From Mustelus asterias (taxonomy: Eukaryota): a DNA stretch of 64,000 bases. The position numbers and the translations under genes are program-made. Positions 28,591-40,016 of the stretch are shown here, in pieces (the first letter of the stretch is position 1; each line of letters begins with the position of its first letter). Location: assembly GCF_964213995.1 (NCBI RefSeq), contig NC_135830.1:7130001-7194000 (forward strand). The letters run 5' to 3'. The notes beneath the pieces were generated by a model, which saw only the letters and a program-made list of their open reading frames with translations, was not told the DNA's origin and searched no databases.

Positions 28591-29361
28591 ATAAAGTGTT
28601 GATGTCAATTTCAGTTTACTCAACCTGCTGGGTAACGGAAGCAAACTTAAAACCGGTGTGTGGGTTTTATTGTGTGATGAGATAATGTATAAATGTATCA
28701 CCATAGCCCAGGGTGGGGTTGTAGTTGATCATTTATCTGCTGTCTGTACTCCTGAACAAATGTCAAATTGGAGAGGTTATCAAGTTTGTATTATAATGTA
28801 ATGATGTGAAATATGTGGGAGAAGAATTGGTGTGATAAAGGGTGGAAAACAAACTGGGGAATGAGACTGAAGCTGCTGTGCAGACTGAATAGTTCTTGTT
28901 GTGTGAATGGAGGGACACATGTAGGGACGGATGGAGGGAGGAAGGGATGGACGGATCGAGGGACCGATCGAGGGAGGGAGCAATGGATGGAGGGATGGAT
29001 GGGGGTGACCTGGGGGAAGTCATTGGGCAGAGACTGTGCTTGCTGCTGTTTCCCCTCCTGGCGCCAGGGGTCACTGGGACACTCCCTGCAGCTCCTGCTG
29101 CTGCTCCTCACAATGTCACATCTTGGCCGTACCCTGGACCAGCTGCAGCTCTTTGGCGGAACATCAGGAGCCAGTGGTGGGGAAGGACTGGCCGTCCTAC
29201 TCCAGTGACGTCACCACCAGCCCCGACACCCGCCGTTTATTTTAAGAAAAAAAACGACTATTCAGAAATGGAGAAAGTGACTGAAATTCTGAACCAGACT
29301 GGCCACCGGGAGGTGATTTATATGTAAATAAAAATACAATTATTAATTTAATATGAAAGAT

Positions 29362-30360
29362 GCCGCGACCAAAGCCATCCTAGACCTTAGGACGGTCGTG
29401 CTCGGCCCCGAAACTGCACGCAAACTTGAGACGGCGCAGGCGTGCGGTGGGATCCCGCCCGAGCGTTCCCCTGTTCGGGCGGAATTCCACATTGGCCCAA
29501 AGCCTCAGCCCCCTCCCCTGGGTGAGGTGCCCCACAGCCTGAGCCGCCTCGCGGAAATGCCCTCCGTGCCTTTTTCTACCGCGCGGAGGCGTTTCCTGTG
29601 CGGGCTGCTGCTGCACACCCTCCACTACCGCCTCCTCGCCTGTCGCCCGGATACACCTTGGCGGGCCTTGTTGCTGCCGGGCGGCGGAGGTCCCCGCTGG
29701 AGCTCCCTCTACGGAGGGATCTCCCCCAATTACGTCGGGGACCTGGGGTGGAGGGTGATGCATGCAGCAGTTCCGCACAACCGTAGGATTCACTGGTTCA
29801 CGGGCTCCGAAGACTGCCCTTTCTGCGGCCTTGTGGAGTCCGTGGACCATGTCTATGTTGAGTGTCTTAGGCTGCACTCCCTTTATGTTTTCCTGAAGAA
29901 CCTTTTATTGATGTTCTGTTTGCACTTCAGTCCCACGCTCCTGATCTACGGACACCCGGTGCGGAGAGGGGAGGGTCGGGATGGCGACCTCCTCGTGAAC
30001 CTGCTCCTGGGCCTGGCGAAACGCGCCATTTACCGGTCCAGGCAGCGGGTGATCGAGGGGGCCGTCCATCCTGACTGTCTTCCCCTCTACCGCGGCTACG
30101 TTCGCGGCCAGGTGTCCCTGGAGAGGGAGCATGCGGTGTCCACGGGCGAGGTTGACGCTTTCCGCGCCCGCTGGGCACCGCAGGGGTTGGGGTGCATTAT
30201 TGACCCTAATAATCACATTTTAATTTGATGTTTTTAAGTTTCCTTTGTATTTTGATTTTTGTTCGGGCTGTTCCCCCTCCTTTTTGGGGAGCTGCCCCTT
30301 TTACTTTGTCCCGATTTAATCTGAGTTTGTTTACTTGGTTTGGTTTGACCTAAAAAGAGG
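29362..30360 (+). mobile_element. Tx1/L1-clade non-LTR retrotransposon 3' end, copy 1 of 3
   Basis: ORF2 C-terminus with DLGWRVMH and CPFCGLVESVDHVYVEC (CCHC knuckle), T-rich 3' UTR, ends AAAAAGAGG. Confidence 0.88.
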
Positions 30361-31254
30361 TCCCCTGTTCGGGCGGAATTCCACATTGGCCCAAAACCTC
30401 AACCCCCCTCCCTGGGTGAGGTGCCCCACAGCCTGAGCCGCCTCGCGGAAATGCCCTCCGTGCCTTTTTCTACCGCGCGGAGGCGTTTCCTGTGCGGGCT
30501 GCTGCTGCACACCCTCCACTACCGCCTCCTCGCCTGTCGCCCGGATACACCTTGGCGGGCCTTGTTGCCGCCGGGTGGCGGAGGTCCCCGCTGGAGGTCC
30601 CTCTACGGAGGGATCTCCCCCAATTACGTCGGGGACCTGGGGTGGAGGGTGATGCATGCAGCAGTTCCGCACAACCGTAGGATTCACTGGTTCACGGGCT
30701 CCGAAGACTGCCCTTTCTGCGGCCTTGTGGAGTCCGTGGACCATGTCTATGTTGAGTGTCTTAGGCTGCACTCCCTTTATGTTTTCCTGAAGAACCTTTT
30801 ATTGATGTTCTGTTTGCACTTCAGTCCCACGCTCCTGATCTACGGACACCCGGTGCGGAGAGGGGAGGGTCGGGATGGCGACCTCCTCGTGAACCTGCTC
30901 CTGGGCCTGGCGAAACGCGCCATTTACCGGTCCAGGCAGCGGGTGATCGAGGGGGCCGTCCATCCTGACTGTCTTCCCCTCTACCGCGGCTACGTTCGCG
31001 GCCAGGTGTCCCTGGAGAGGGAGCATGCGGTGTCCACGGGCGAGGTTGACGCTTTCCGCGCCCGCTGGGCACCGCAGGGGTTGGGGTGCATTATTGACCC
31101 TAATAATCACATTTTAATTTGATGTTTTTAAGTTTCCTTTGTATTTTGATTTTTGTTCGGGCTGTTCCCCCTCCTTTTTGGGGAGCTGCCCCTTTTACTT
31201 TGTCCCGATTTAATCTGAGTTTGTTTACTTGGTTTGGTTTGACCTAAAAAGAGG
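30361..31254 (+). mobile_element. Tx1/L1-clade 3' end, copy 2 of 3
   Basis: Near-identical to 29467-30360. Confidence 0.88.
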
Positions 31255-32142
31255 TCGGGCGGAATTCCACATTGGCCCAAAGCCTCAGCCCCCCTCCCTG
31301 GGTGAGGTGCCCCACAGCCTGAGCCGCCTCGCGGAAATGCCCTCCGTGCCTTTTTCTACCGCGCGGAGGCGTTTCCTGTGCGGGCTGCTGCTGCACACCT
31401 TCCACTACTGCCTCCTCGCCTGTCGCCCGGATACACCTTGGCGGGCCTTGTTGCCGCCGGGCGGCGGAGGTCCCCGCTGGAGGTCCCTCTACGGAGGGAT
31501 CTCCCCCAATTACGTCGGGGACCTGGGGTGGAGGGTGATGCATGCAGCAGTTCCGCACAACCGTAGGGTTCACTGGTTCACGGGCTCCGAAGACTGCCCT
31601 TTCTGCGGCCTTGTGGAGTCCGTGGACCATGTCTATGTTGAGTGTCTTAGGCTGCACTCCCTTTATGTTTTCCTGAAGAACCTTTTATTGATGTTCTGTC
31701 TGCACTTCAGTCCCACGCTCCTGATCTACGGACACCCGGTGCGGAGAGGGGAGGGTCGGGATGGCGACCTCCTCGTGAACCTGCTCCTGGGCCTGGCGAA
31801 ACGCGCCATTTACCGGTCCAGGCAGCGGGCGATCGAGGGGGCCGTCCATCCTGACTGTCTTCCCCTCTACCGCGGCTACGTTCGCGGCCAGGTGTCCCTG
31901 GAGAGGGAGCATGCGGTGTCCACGGGCGAGGTTGACGCTTTCCGCGCCCGCTGGGCACGGCAGGGGTTGGGTGCATTATTGACCCCAATAATCACATTTT
32001 AATTTGATGTTTTTAAGTTTCCTTTGTACTTTGATTTCTGTTCGGGCTGTTCCCCCTCCTTTTTGGGGAGCTGCCCCTTTTACTTTGTCCTGATTTAATC
32101 TGAGTTTGTTTATTTGGTTTGGTTTGACCTAAAAAAAAGAGG
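31255..32142 (+). mobile_element. Tx1/L1-clade 3' end, copy 3 of 3
   Basis: Near-identical; frameshift near the C-terminus; A8 tail. Confidence 0.88.
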
Positions 32143-32660
32143 ACAGAGGGTAGCGGTAGAGGGGTGATTTTCTGACTGGAAGGCTGTGACTAGCCATGAT
32201 CCACAGGGATCAGTTCCGGAACCTTTGCTGTTCGTAGTATATGTAAATGATTTGGAGGAAAATGTAGCTGGTATAATTGTAAGTTCACAGACGACACAAA
32301 AATTTGTGGAGTTGCGGAGAGTGAAGAGGATTGTCAGAGGATACAGCTACAGCAAAAGATAAACCGGTTGGAGACTGGGGCGGAAAAATGGCAGATGGAG
32401 TTTATTCTGGACAAGTGTGAGATAATGCATTTTGGAAGGTCCAATGCATGTCGGGATTATATAGGAAAGATAGAACCCGTCGGAGTATTGATAAGCAGAG
32501 AGATCTCGACGTACATATCCACCGATCACTGATAACATCAAAGGACAGTGGCTGAATGACAGACTCTCCAAGGTTCAAACCCGAAAAAAAGAAATAAGAC
32601 GGTAGTGGGTTTAAATTTGTGATTCAAACCATGCTTGCGAACAGAGAGAAAATGTGCGAC

Positions 32661-33050
32661 ATGTTTTGTCCACAATTCCCAGTCTGGTGAGGTGACTGCG
32701 AGTAAATGGAAGAACACTGAACTGGGATATAATTAATGTCCTTATCGGGGCAAGGTGTCCTTTGGTGTTATTCACATCAGAAGAAAATCCTGATCTAGTT
32801 ATGGTAAGGCAGAGATTCTGGTCCGTAAAAGGTGTCAGGAAACAACAAAGCTCGAAAATTACGCTCGAAATGACAGTGGCATTGTGGGGAAATTCAGTAA
32901 TATTCGCAAAAAAGCATTCACAAAGCACGCTGTGTACCGACTGTGATCAAATGGACCGAGAAACGGAAAGGGGAGATGGGAAAGGGCTGGCCAATAATTG
33001 ATACAGACTAGGAAATAACACCAAAGACAAATTGTCAGCTGACGCACCAC
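32661..33050 (-). pseudogene. Possible highly decayed V-segment remnant
   Basis: Leader-like RQLTICLWCYFLV, FR3-like SGFSSDV...TLIISQ, and RSS-like ATGTTTTGT (32661-32669) plus 24 nt plus GACTGCG. No YYC motif. Confidence 0.3.
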
Positions 33051-33124
33051 GAACTCACTTTGGTGAGTGCCTTCGCTCGGAATTATAATACATTTCTGTT
33101 ACTCTCACTGTTTTTCGGGTGAGC

Positions 33125-33138
33125 GCGCCCTCTGCTGA
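33125..33138 (-). promoter_or_regulatory. CTCF-like motif about 25 bp beyond a V nonamer
   Basis: Reverse complement TCAGCAGAGGGCGC. Confidence 0.65.
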
Positions 33139-33163
33139 TCACGAACTGGAACTATCAGTGCGG

Positions 33164-33772
33164 TGCTTTTGTCCGGGATCCGCTCTATCTCTGCAGCAGA
33201 AACACAAGGCGGTATCGGAGAGAAGCGTCCTGGTGACATTTGAGGAACAGTGTTCCTTTGTACAAAGTAGGCAATATTTTTCCACATCCTCCGGGCTATA
33301 AATCCTCATTAAATATCTCGGAGTTTCGCTGGGATACAGGAACAGAGTAGGGAGAGTAGCTGTCGAGTATTTACAATCCAGCATTATGCTCTGTGCTTGG
33401 AGAACGCTTAATTCAGATTGATCATTGGACACAGAATCATCACTATTTCTGCAACAAAACACAGAATGTATCAAATATCTGCGAGTGAAAATAACACTTG
33501 GAACAAATATTCCCCATTTTTTAGTTCGTATATGTCTGTTTTGCTGCAGCTGTTTCTCTGATTGTATCTTCCTCTAAATCTATTCCTCATTCATTCATTT
33601 ATATCACCGGTTCTTGCTCTGCTTAACTCCAGGTCTCGACTCCAATTCCAATTATTCAATCCCTCTTGTTTTCTTCCCATATCTCCACCTACATTTCTCC
33701 CTTGTCTCTCCCTTACAGGTTTCAATAACAGATATCCCGCATAATGGACCATCAGCTGGTGCTCAGGTCCAT
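33164..33772 (-). pseudogene. TRAV/TRDV-type V pseudogene, inverted relative to J-C
   Basis: Acceptor TGTTGCAG at 33449-33450; DSVSNDQSELSVLQAQSIMLDCKYS...TLF[WYI missing]LYPSETPRYL...LSDTALCFC. Nonamer ACAAAAGCA (33164-33172) is retained but the heptamer is gone. Decayed leader at 33717-33772 contains stops. Confidence 0.85.
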
Positions 33773-34378
33773 CGTAATATTTTGATACTTTGAAAAAATT
33801 CCAGTAGTCATTTTACATTCCACTCCATGGAAGTACTCCAGAATGTGATGCATGTTGCTGTTGTTAGGAGTGAGATTAATCAACAACTTGCAGCCAATGC
33901 ACATAGTACAAATCATGTATATCCAACGCCCAACATATCGACAGACATATCAAACACTCCCGCATTAATATCAAATATTAATTTCCACACCAAATGCCGT
34001 TATTAGTCATTTCCTTGGATATAATGAAACACAGGAGGAATTGCAACCGACAGGAATGTTCTCGGTGCCAATATGAAATAATGCATGTCTATGTGTACAT
34101 ATGATAGGGGAGATCTGAAATAAAAACAGAAAATTGCTGGAAAGACTCTGTGGAGAGAGAAACTGAGCTAAACATTTGCGACTTTGAAACTCCGAGTTGG
34201 CTGAGCAAAGGAGATAATTCTGCCTTTTACTGTAAAGGATATATGAAAATTCTGTCCCAAGGCAACTAATCGAAAACCATACATCAGTGTTGCATTTCTA
34301 CTTTGTCCTCGGTGACGATATGAAAGATATTTACCATGGAAGTAATATATATGATTACGTATTCCATTAAACCTCCAT

Positions 34379-34845
34379 TGACGTCATTCCCCTTTAATAT
34401 TCTGGATCGAGAGAATGCCGAAACCAGGAAACGGCAATTAGTGGAATTGCAGCTTCCCGTTTTGATTTTAAGTGAGCAATTTTTGAAGGAGAGTGTTGAC
34501 CATAAAAAACAACTTTCTTTTGCATGGACAATTATCGGTGGAGTGTCTGCGATCTCTCAATCACAGCAGATATTAACACAAAAGAGACAATCGATTGAAA
34601 TCCAATGAAATACAATCACCTGATGCCCTGAGAGCATCCGCTCGTTCAGCCTGCAACAGAACCGTGGCCTGAAATTTGTCATTTCATCTGTTAGCAGAAA
34701 CACCACAGACTCTTCAAACTCTTCATTCACTCAACAAGACGTTTGACCAGTCCTAATGGAGACAGCACATCGGTATCAGGCGCTGGGGTGTGTTACTGTG
34801 TCAGTGAGTCACTGAGACACAAAACCCGCACGTCGCAGATAAACT
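34379..34845 (+). pseudogene. V pseudogene, same orientation as J-C
   Basis: CRE TGACGTCA at 34379-34386. AISQSQQILTQKRQSIEIQ*(Cys to TGA)...ESIRSF(Trp to Ser)SLQQNRGLKFVIS, then frameshifted VSGAGVCYCVSE. Degenerate RSS CACTGAG (34810-34816), 20 nt, AGATAAACT. Confidence 0.7.
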
Positions 34846-34864
34846 ATCCAGTTATATCCCGAGG

Positions 34865-35165
34865 TGATGAGAAGCTTTTTTTATTGGTCGTGGTTCATCC
34901 TGAGCAACTCCGTGACGAAGGACTCTGTGCTCTACGGGCTGTTCCCAGGGACAAACCGAGACAAGCACCAATTGCTGTTGGAGAATTTTCAACTGGGTAA
35001 AATACACCATTTGCCTTCCCGAAACCAGTTGATCTTCATGTGCAAAGAATTGTCCTCGATCGAGTGTTGCAGACAACACATTCCAGGCCACAGGGCTACC
35101 GATTGAGGGACGCACTAAACCTTGGGGCAGTTGCTGCAAAGGCGCAATCGGGAAAACTGCGACCT
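34865..35165 (+). mobile_element. Decayed Tx1/L1-like ORF2 C-terminal fragment (different family from the triplet)
   Basis: SVTKDSVLYGLFPGT...KELSSIECCR...LRDALNLGAVAAKAQ. Confidence 0.6.
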
Positions 35166-35789
35166 TTCGGCCATTGTGATCTGAGGGGAGCAGAACTCTA
35201 TATGAACGCCCCGTGCTGTTGGACTCACATTGAATGAATGCAGTGAATATTACACCTCTCGCAATTCTACTGAAGCACCTGAGAGTGTAACTTGTTCAAT
35301 GTCGACAACCTAAATAACATCGCCCTTCCTGTATTGACGATCTTGAAATATGTATTATGTTCCATTGATTGCACTGAAGCTCTTCAATGTGCAACATTAT
35401 CTTTGCAGAAAACTTCAGTATCACTGCACTTTCTGAAATGACCATTTTGCAACGTTCTGTAATGTTTCATTGAATGCGTTGAAGCGCGTCAGCGTGCAAA
35501 ATTATCTGTGTCCGAAACCTAAACGTTATTGCACTTTCTGTAAAAACCGTTCTGAAAAATTCTGTAATGTTCCTTTAATTATACACAGAGTGCAACAGCT
35601 TCATTGTCGAAACCTTGAATGTTATTGCACTTGCTGTTATGGCCATTTTGAAGTATTTTGTAATGTTCTTTCAGATACTTTATGAATAAGTTTTCTTTTG
35701 GAAAAAAGCACAACGTCCCAGTTTGCGAGTTCACAATCCTCACAGCTGTCACTGCTCCCTTCAGTAAGTTGACTACATTGTGAACTACT

Positions 35790-37627
35790 GGTGAATACAA
35801 AGAGCTTCTACAAATACATAAAAGGCAAAAGAGTAACAAGGAAGAGAGTAGGGTCTGTTAAGGATCAACTAGGTCATCGATGTGCGGATCCACAACAGCT
35901 GGGTCAGATCCTAAATGAATATTTCTTATAAGTATTTATTGTTGAGAAAAGCATAGATGTTCGGGGCCTTGGGGAAATAAATAGTGATGTCTTGAGGAGT
36001 GTACATATTACTGAGAAGGAGGTGTTGGAAGTCTTAAAGCGCATCAAGGTGGATAAATCCCCGGGATCTGATGAAATGTATCCCAGGACATTGTAGGAGG
36101 CTAGGGAGGAAATTGCGAGTCCCCCAGCAGAGATATTTGAATCATCGACAGTCACAGGTGAGGTGCCTGAAGATTTGAGGGAGGCAAATGTTGTGCCTTT
36201 GTTTTAAAAGGGCTGCAGGGAAAAGCCTGGGAACTACAGGCCAGTGAGCCTCATACCTGTGGTGGGTAAGTTGTAAGGTATTTTGAGAGGCAAGATCTGC
36301 AGGAATTTAGAGACGCAGGAACTGATTAGGGACATTCAGCATGGCTTTGTGAGTGGAAAATCATGTCTCACAAACTTGATGGAGCTTTTTGAAGGGGTAA
36401 CCAAGAAGGTAGATGAGGGCAGTGCAGGTGATGTTGTCTACATGGACTTTAGCAAGGCTTTTCACAAGGTACCGCATGGCAGGTTGTTGCATAAGGTTAA
36501 ATATCATGGGATCCAGGGCGACGTAGCTAAATGGATACAAAATTGGGTTGATGACACAAGCCAGAGGGTAATTGCCGAGGGTTGTTTTTCAAACTGGAGG
36601 CCTGTGACCAGAGGTTTGCCTGAGGGATCAGTACTGGGTCCGCAGTTATTTGTCATTTATATTAATGATTTGGATGAGAATATAGGAGGCATGGTTAGTA
36701 AGTTTCCAGATGACACCAAGATTGGTGGCATAGTACACATTGAAGAAGGTTTTCTCGGACTGCAACGGGATCTTGATCAATTGACCAGTGGGCTGACGAA
36801 TGCAGATGGAATTTAGTTTAGATAAATGCGAGGTGATGCATTTTGGTAGATTGAACCAAGGCAGGACTTACTCAGTTAATGGTAGGGCGTTGGGGAGAGT
36901 TACAGAACAAAGACATCTAGGGGTACATGTTCATCGCTCCTTGAAAGTACAGTCACGGGTGGACAGAGTGGTGAAGACGGCATTCAGAATGGTTGTTTTC
37001 ATTGGTTAGAGCATTGAATACAGTAGTTAGGACGTCTTTTTGAAGTTGTACAAGACATTGGTAAGGCCACACTTAGAATATTGTGTACATTTCTGGTCAC
37101 CCTATTATAGAAAGGATATTATTAAACTAGAAAGAGTGGAGACAATATTTACTAGGATGCTACCGGGACTTGATGGTTTGAGTTGTAAGGAGAGGCTGGA
37201 TAGACTGGGACTTTTTTTCTCTGGAGCGTCGAAGGCTGAGGGGTGATCTTACATAGGTCTATAAAATAATGAGGGGTAGATCAGCTAGATAGTCAATATC
37301 TTTTCCCAATGGTGGGGGAGTCTAAAGCTAGAGGCATAGGTTTAAGGTGAGAGGGAGACCGTACAAAAGTGTCCAGAGGGGCAATTTTTTCACACAGAGG
37401 GTGGTGAGTGTCTGGAACAAGCTGCCAGAGGTATTAGTAGACGCGGGTACAATTTTGTCTTTTGAAAAGCATTTAGAAAGTTACATGGGTCTGATGGGTA
37501 TAGAGGGATATGAGCCAAATGCGGGCAATTGGGACTAGCTTCAGGGTTTGAAAAAAAGGGCAGCATGGACAAGTTGGGTCAAAGGGCCTGTTTCCATGTT
37601 GTAAACTTATATGACTCTATGACTCTA
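35790..37627 (+). mobile_element. Degenerate CR1 LINE
   Basis: QHGFVSGKSCLTNL, YMDFSKAF, YINDLD; (CTATGA)n tail. Confidence 0.9.
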
Positions 37628-37954
37628 TGGTGCTATCCATTCCTCAGGAAAATGGTTACTCGGGCCGGCTGAAGCATGTTAGCATTTTACTGCTCTTTAT
37701 TTCTATGTATTTTGTTAACGTTGAGCTCTTGACTGTTGTGCGGGAAAGGTTAATCCAAATTAATATCATCACCGCGATATTGAGCCAGGTCTGCACCGAC
37801 AGCAGTTATTTGTTCAGTCACTTCAGTTGCAGACGGAGATCTGTGCACCGTACAGACAAGGAGGAGTCTGTTGACCTATTGTGCCTGTGCCAGGACTTCG
37901 CATGGGCTATCCAAATAAGTCCACATCGCTGCTCTTTACAAAGAGTCCTGAAGG

Positions 37955-38360
37955 AAACTTGGTCCATCACGCAAACCAGCCTCCCATCCACTGACTCTGT
38001 CTACACTTCCCGCTGCCTCAGAAAAGCGCCCGGCATAATCAAGGACCCCATGCACACCGGGCATACGCTTCTCCACCTTATTCCGTTGGGAAAAAGAAAC
38101 GGATGTCTGAGGTCACGTACCAACCGACTGAAGGACGGCTTCTCCCCTGCTGCCATCGGACTTTTAAATGGATCTACCATACATTAAGCTGTTATTTCTC
38201 TACACCCTGGTTTTAATTGTAACACTGCATCCTGCACCCTCTCCTGTCCTTCTCCCCTATGTTCTCTATGTATGGTAAACTTTGTCTGTATAGCATGCAA
38301 GAAACAATACTTTCCACTGTAGACCAGTGTTTGTGAAAATGCTAAATCAAATCAAATCAA
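37955..38360 (+). mobile_element. Non-LTR retrotransposon 3' end (Rex1/Babar-like)
   Basis: IIKDPMHTGHTLLHLIPLGKR...RTNRLKDGFSPAAIGLLN; (AAATC)n tail. Confidence 0.6.
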
Positions 38361-38837
38361 GTTTATCCAAACCCAAGACAATTCCTCCTATACATCTTTT
38401 GAAACAATATTCAGTTATTTCATTCAGAAAAACAATGAGAGAAATAAAACCTGAAATAGAGGCATGCATTCTAATGAGCATTTTCTAAAATTTTATACTG
38501 TTGACGGATTGCGATATTAAGAATGCTGAAAATTTATTGTACTGAGCTGGTGCTCCCAGTTTGTCTGATTCTAGGAGCAGCGCTCCGGAAGCTTGTGCTA
38601 CCAAATAAACCTGTTGGACTTTAACCTGGTGTTGTGAGAGTTCTTACTGTCATGAATTAGCGCAGAAAGGAGCTCTCAGCTAATTGGATGAATCCAGAGC
38701 AAAGAGCCCAGGAGCTTATTGGATATCAGCTGATGACGCTGCCAGGAATAAACCAATTTGTAGATTGTGGTATCCAATCTGCTCGTTATTCTCTAATCAG
38801 TGCTCTCCACTCTTCCGACCATAGGTTCTGTAGGGTG

Positions 38838-38845
38838 TGACGTCA
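38838..38845 (+). promoter_or_regulatory. CRE in V promoter
   Basis: TGACGTCA about 90 bp upstream of the leader ATG (38937). Confidence 0.7.
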
Positions 38846-38936
38846 GATCAGCCACAGCCAATGCTCTCAGCTTTATCTTGTTCAAGCTTCTGCAGCTTTT
38901 GGAGAAACAAGTCCCTGGAATCCAGGAGCAGCAGCA

Positions 38937-38982
38937 ATGCGGCTCCCCGTTTTCACTCTGATCTGGGTGACATTCATTGTTG
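38937..38982 (+). CDS. V leader exon with non-canonical donor
   Basis: MRLPVFTLIWVTFIV(G), 46 nt, phase 1. Followed by ATGAGT instead of GTGAGT. Confidence 0.8.
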
Positions 38983-39673
38983 ATGAGTTTAATACTTTAA
39001 AAATGAGTTATTTTCTGGAGGAATAAAGTTGAAAAGCAGGACATTCATGTTATACAGGTATTGGACAAATGAATTCTTGCGAGTGGTTTTAGTCTTTTGA
39101 AAATAGATTCGAAAAGCACACTGAAAAGGCGATTTCGAGAAATGGTACTCGGATTGGGAGATGAGAGCTATCAGAATGCAAGATTATGATTACTTTCTCG
39201 ACTGACCAAAGAAACTAACGCAAACCTGACTGATCTATTTATAATGATAACGAGGATTGGTGTGGTGGACGGGGAGAGGATGATTCCACTTGTAGGAGGA
39301 ATCCAAATATATGTCCCAAAATTCTAATGAAACAAATAGATCAACTGGGAATCGGAGAGAAACATCTTTAGAAAGAGTTGGGTAGAATGTGACTCATATT
39401 AACACAATGAACACTTGAGGAGAGGAGCAAATACTTATTTAAAGGTAAACTAAACTAAACAGCTGAGGAAGAAAGGGACAACTGCATTGAGAAGAGGCGA
39501 GAGGGAGGAATCTCCAGGGGACTGTAAACGGGAACATAGATCAGTTGGAGAGAATGTGGTATGATTCAATACATTCAATACATATTTTTATGTTGCACTG
39601 TCAATGAATTTTCTCCCTTAGTTCAATTGAACTTTTAATCAATGTTTTTCCTTTCTTTAACCGTGTGTTTCAG

Positions 39674-39977
39674 ATCTGAGCGATGGAGATTCTGTTCCTC
39701 AGCGGGAATCCTCACTCACACGGACAGAGGGAGAAGATGTCACTTTAAACTGCACCTTTACCGACGATGCTTATTATTTATTTTGGTATCGTCAATACCC
39801 AGGAAAACAGCCTGAGTTTGCAGTCCGGAGAGACAAGAAGGGCGGTTTTGAATTAAAGGCGGATTTCGCTCGGACTCGGTTTTCTGATTCAGTCCAGCAG
39901 TCAGACAATTTGTACCGAGTGACTATTTCGGAGCTGCGGCTGTCTGACACCGCGGTCTATTACTGTGCACAGAGTCT
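39674..39977 (+). CDS. TRAV/TRDV-type V exon with fully open frame (missed by the ORF track)
   Basis: GTTTCAG acceptor; (D)LSDGDSVPQRESSLTRTEGEDVTLNCTFTDDAYYLFWYRQYPGKQPEFAVRRDKKGGFELKADFARTRFSDSVQQSDNLYRVTISELRLSDTAVYYCAQS. Both Cys, WYRQ and DTAVYYC are intact. Confidence 0.95.
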
Positions 39978-40016
39978 CACAGTGATGAGAACGAGTGAAA
40001 TCCTCGTACAAAAACT
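39978..40016 (+). other. 23-RSS, near consensus
   Basis: CACAGTG, 23 nt, ACAAAAACT. Confidence 0.96.
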
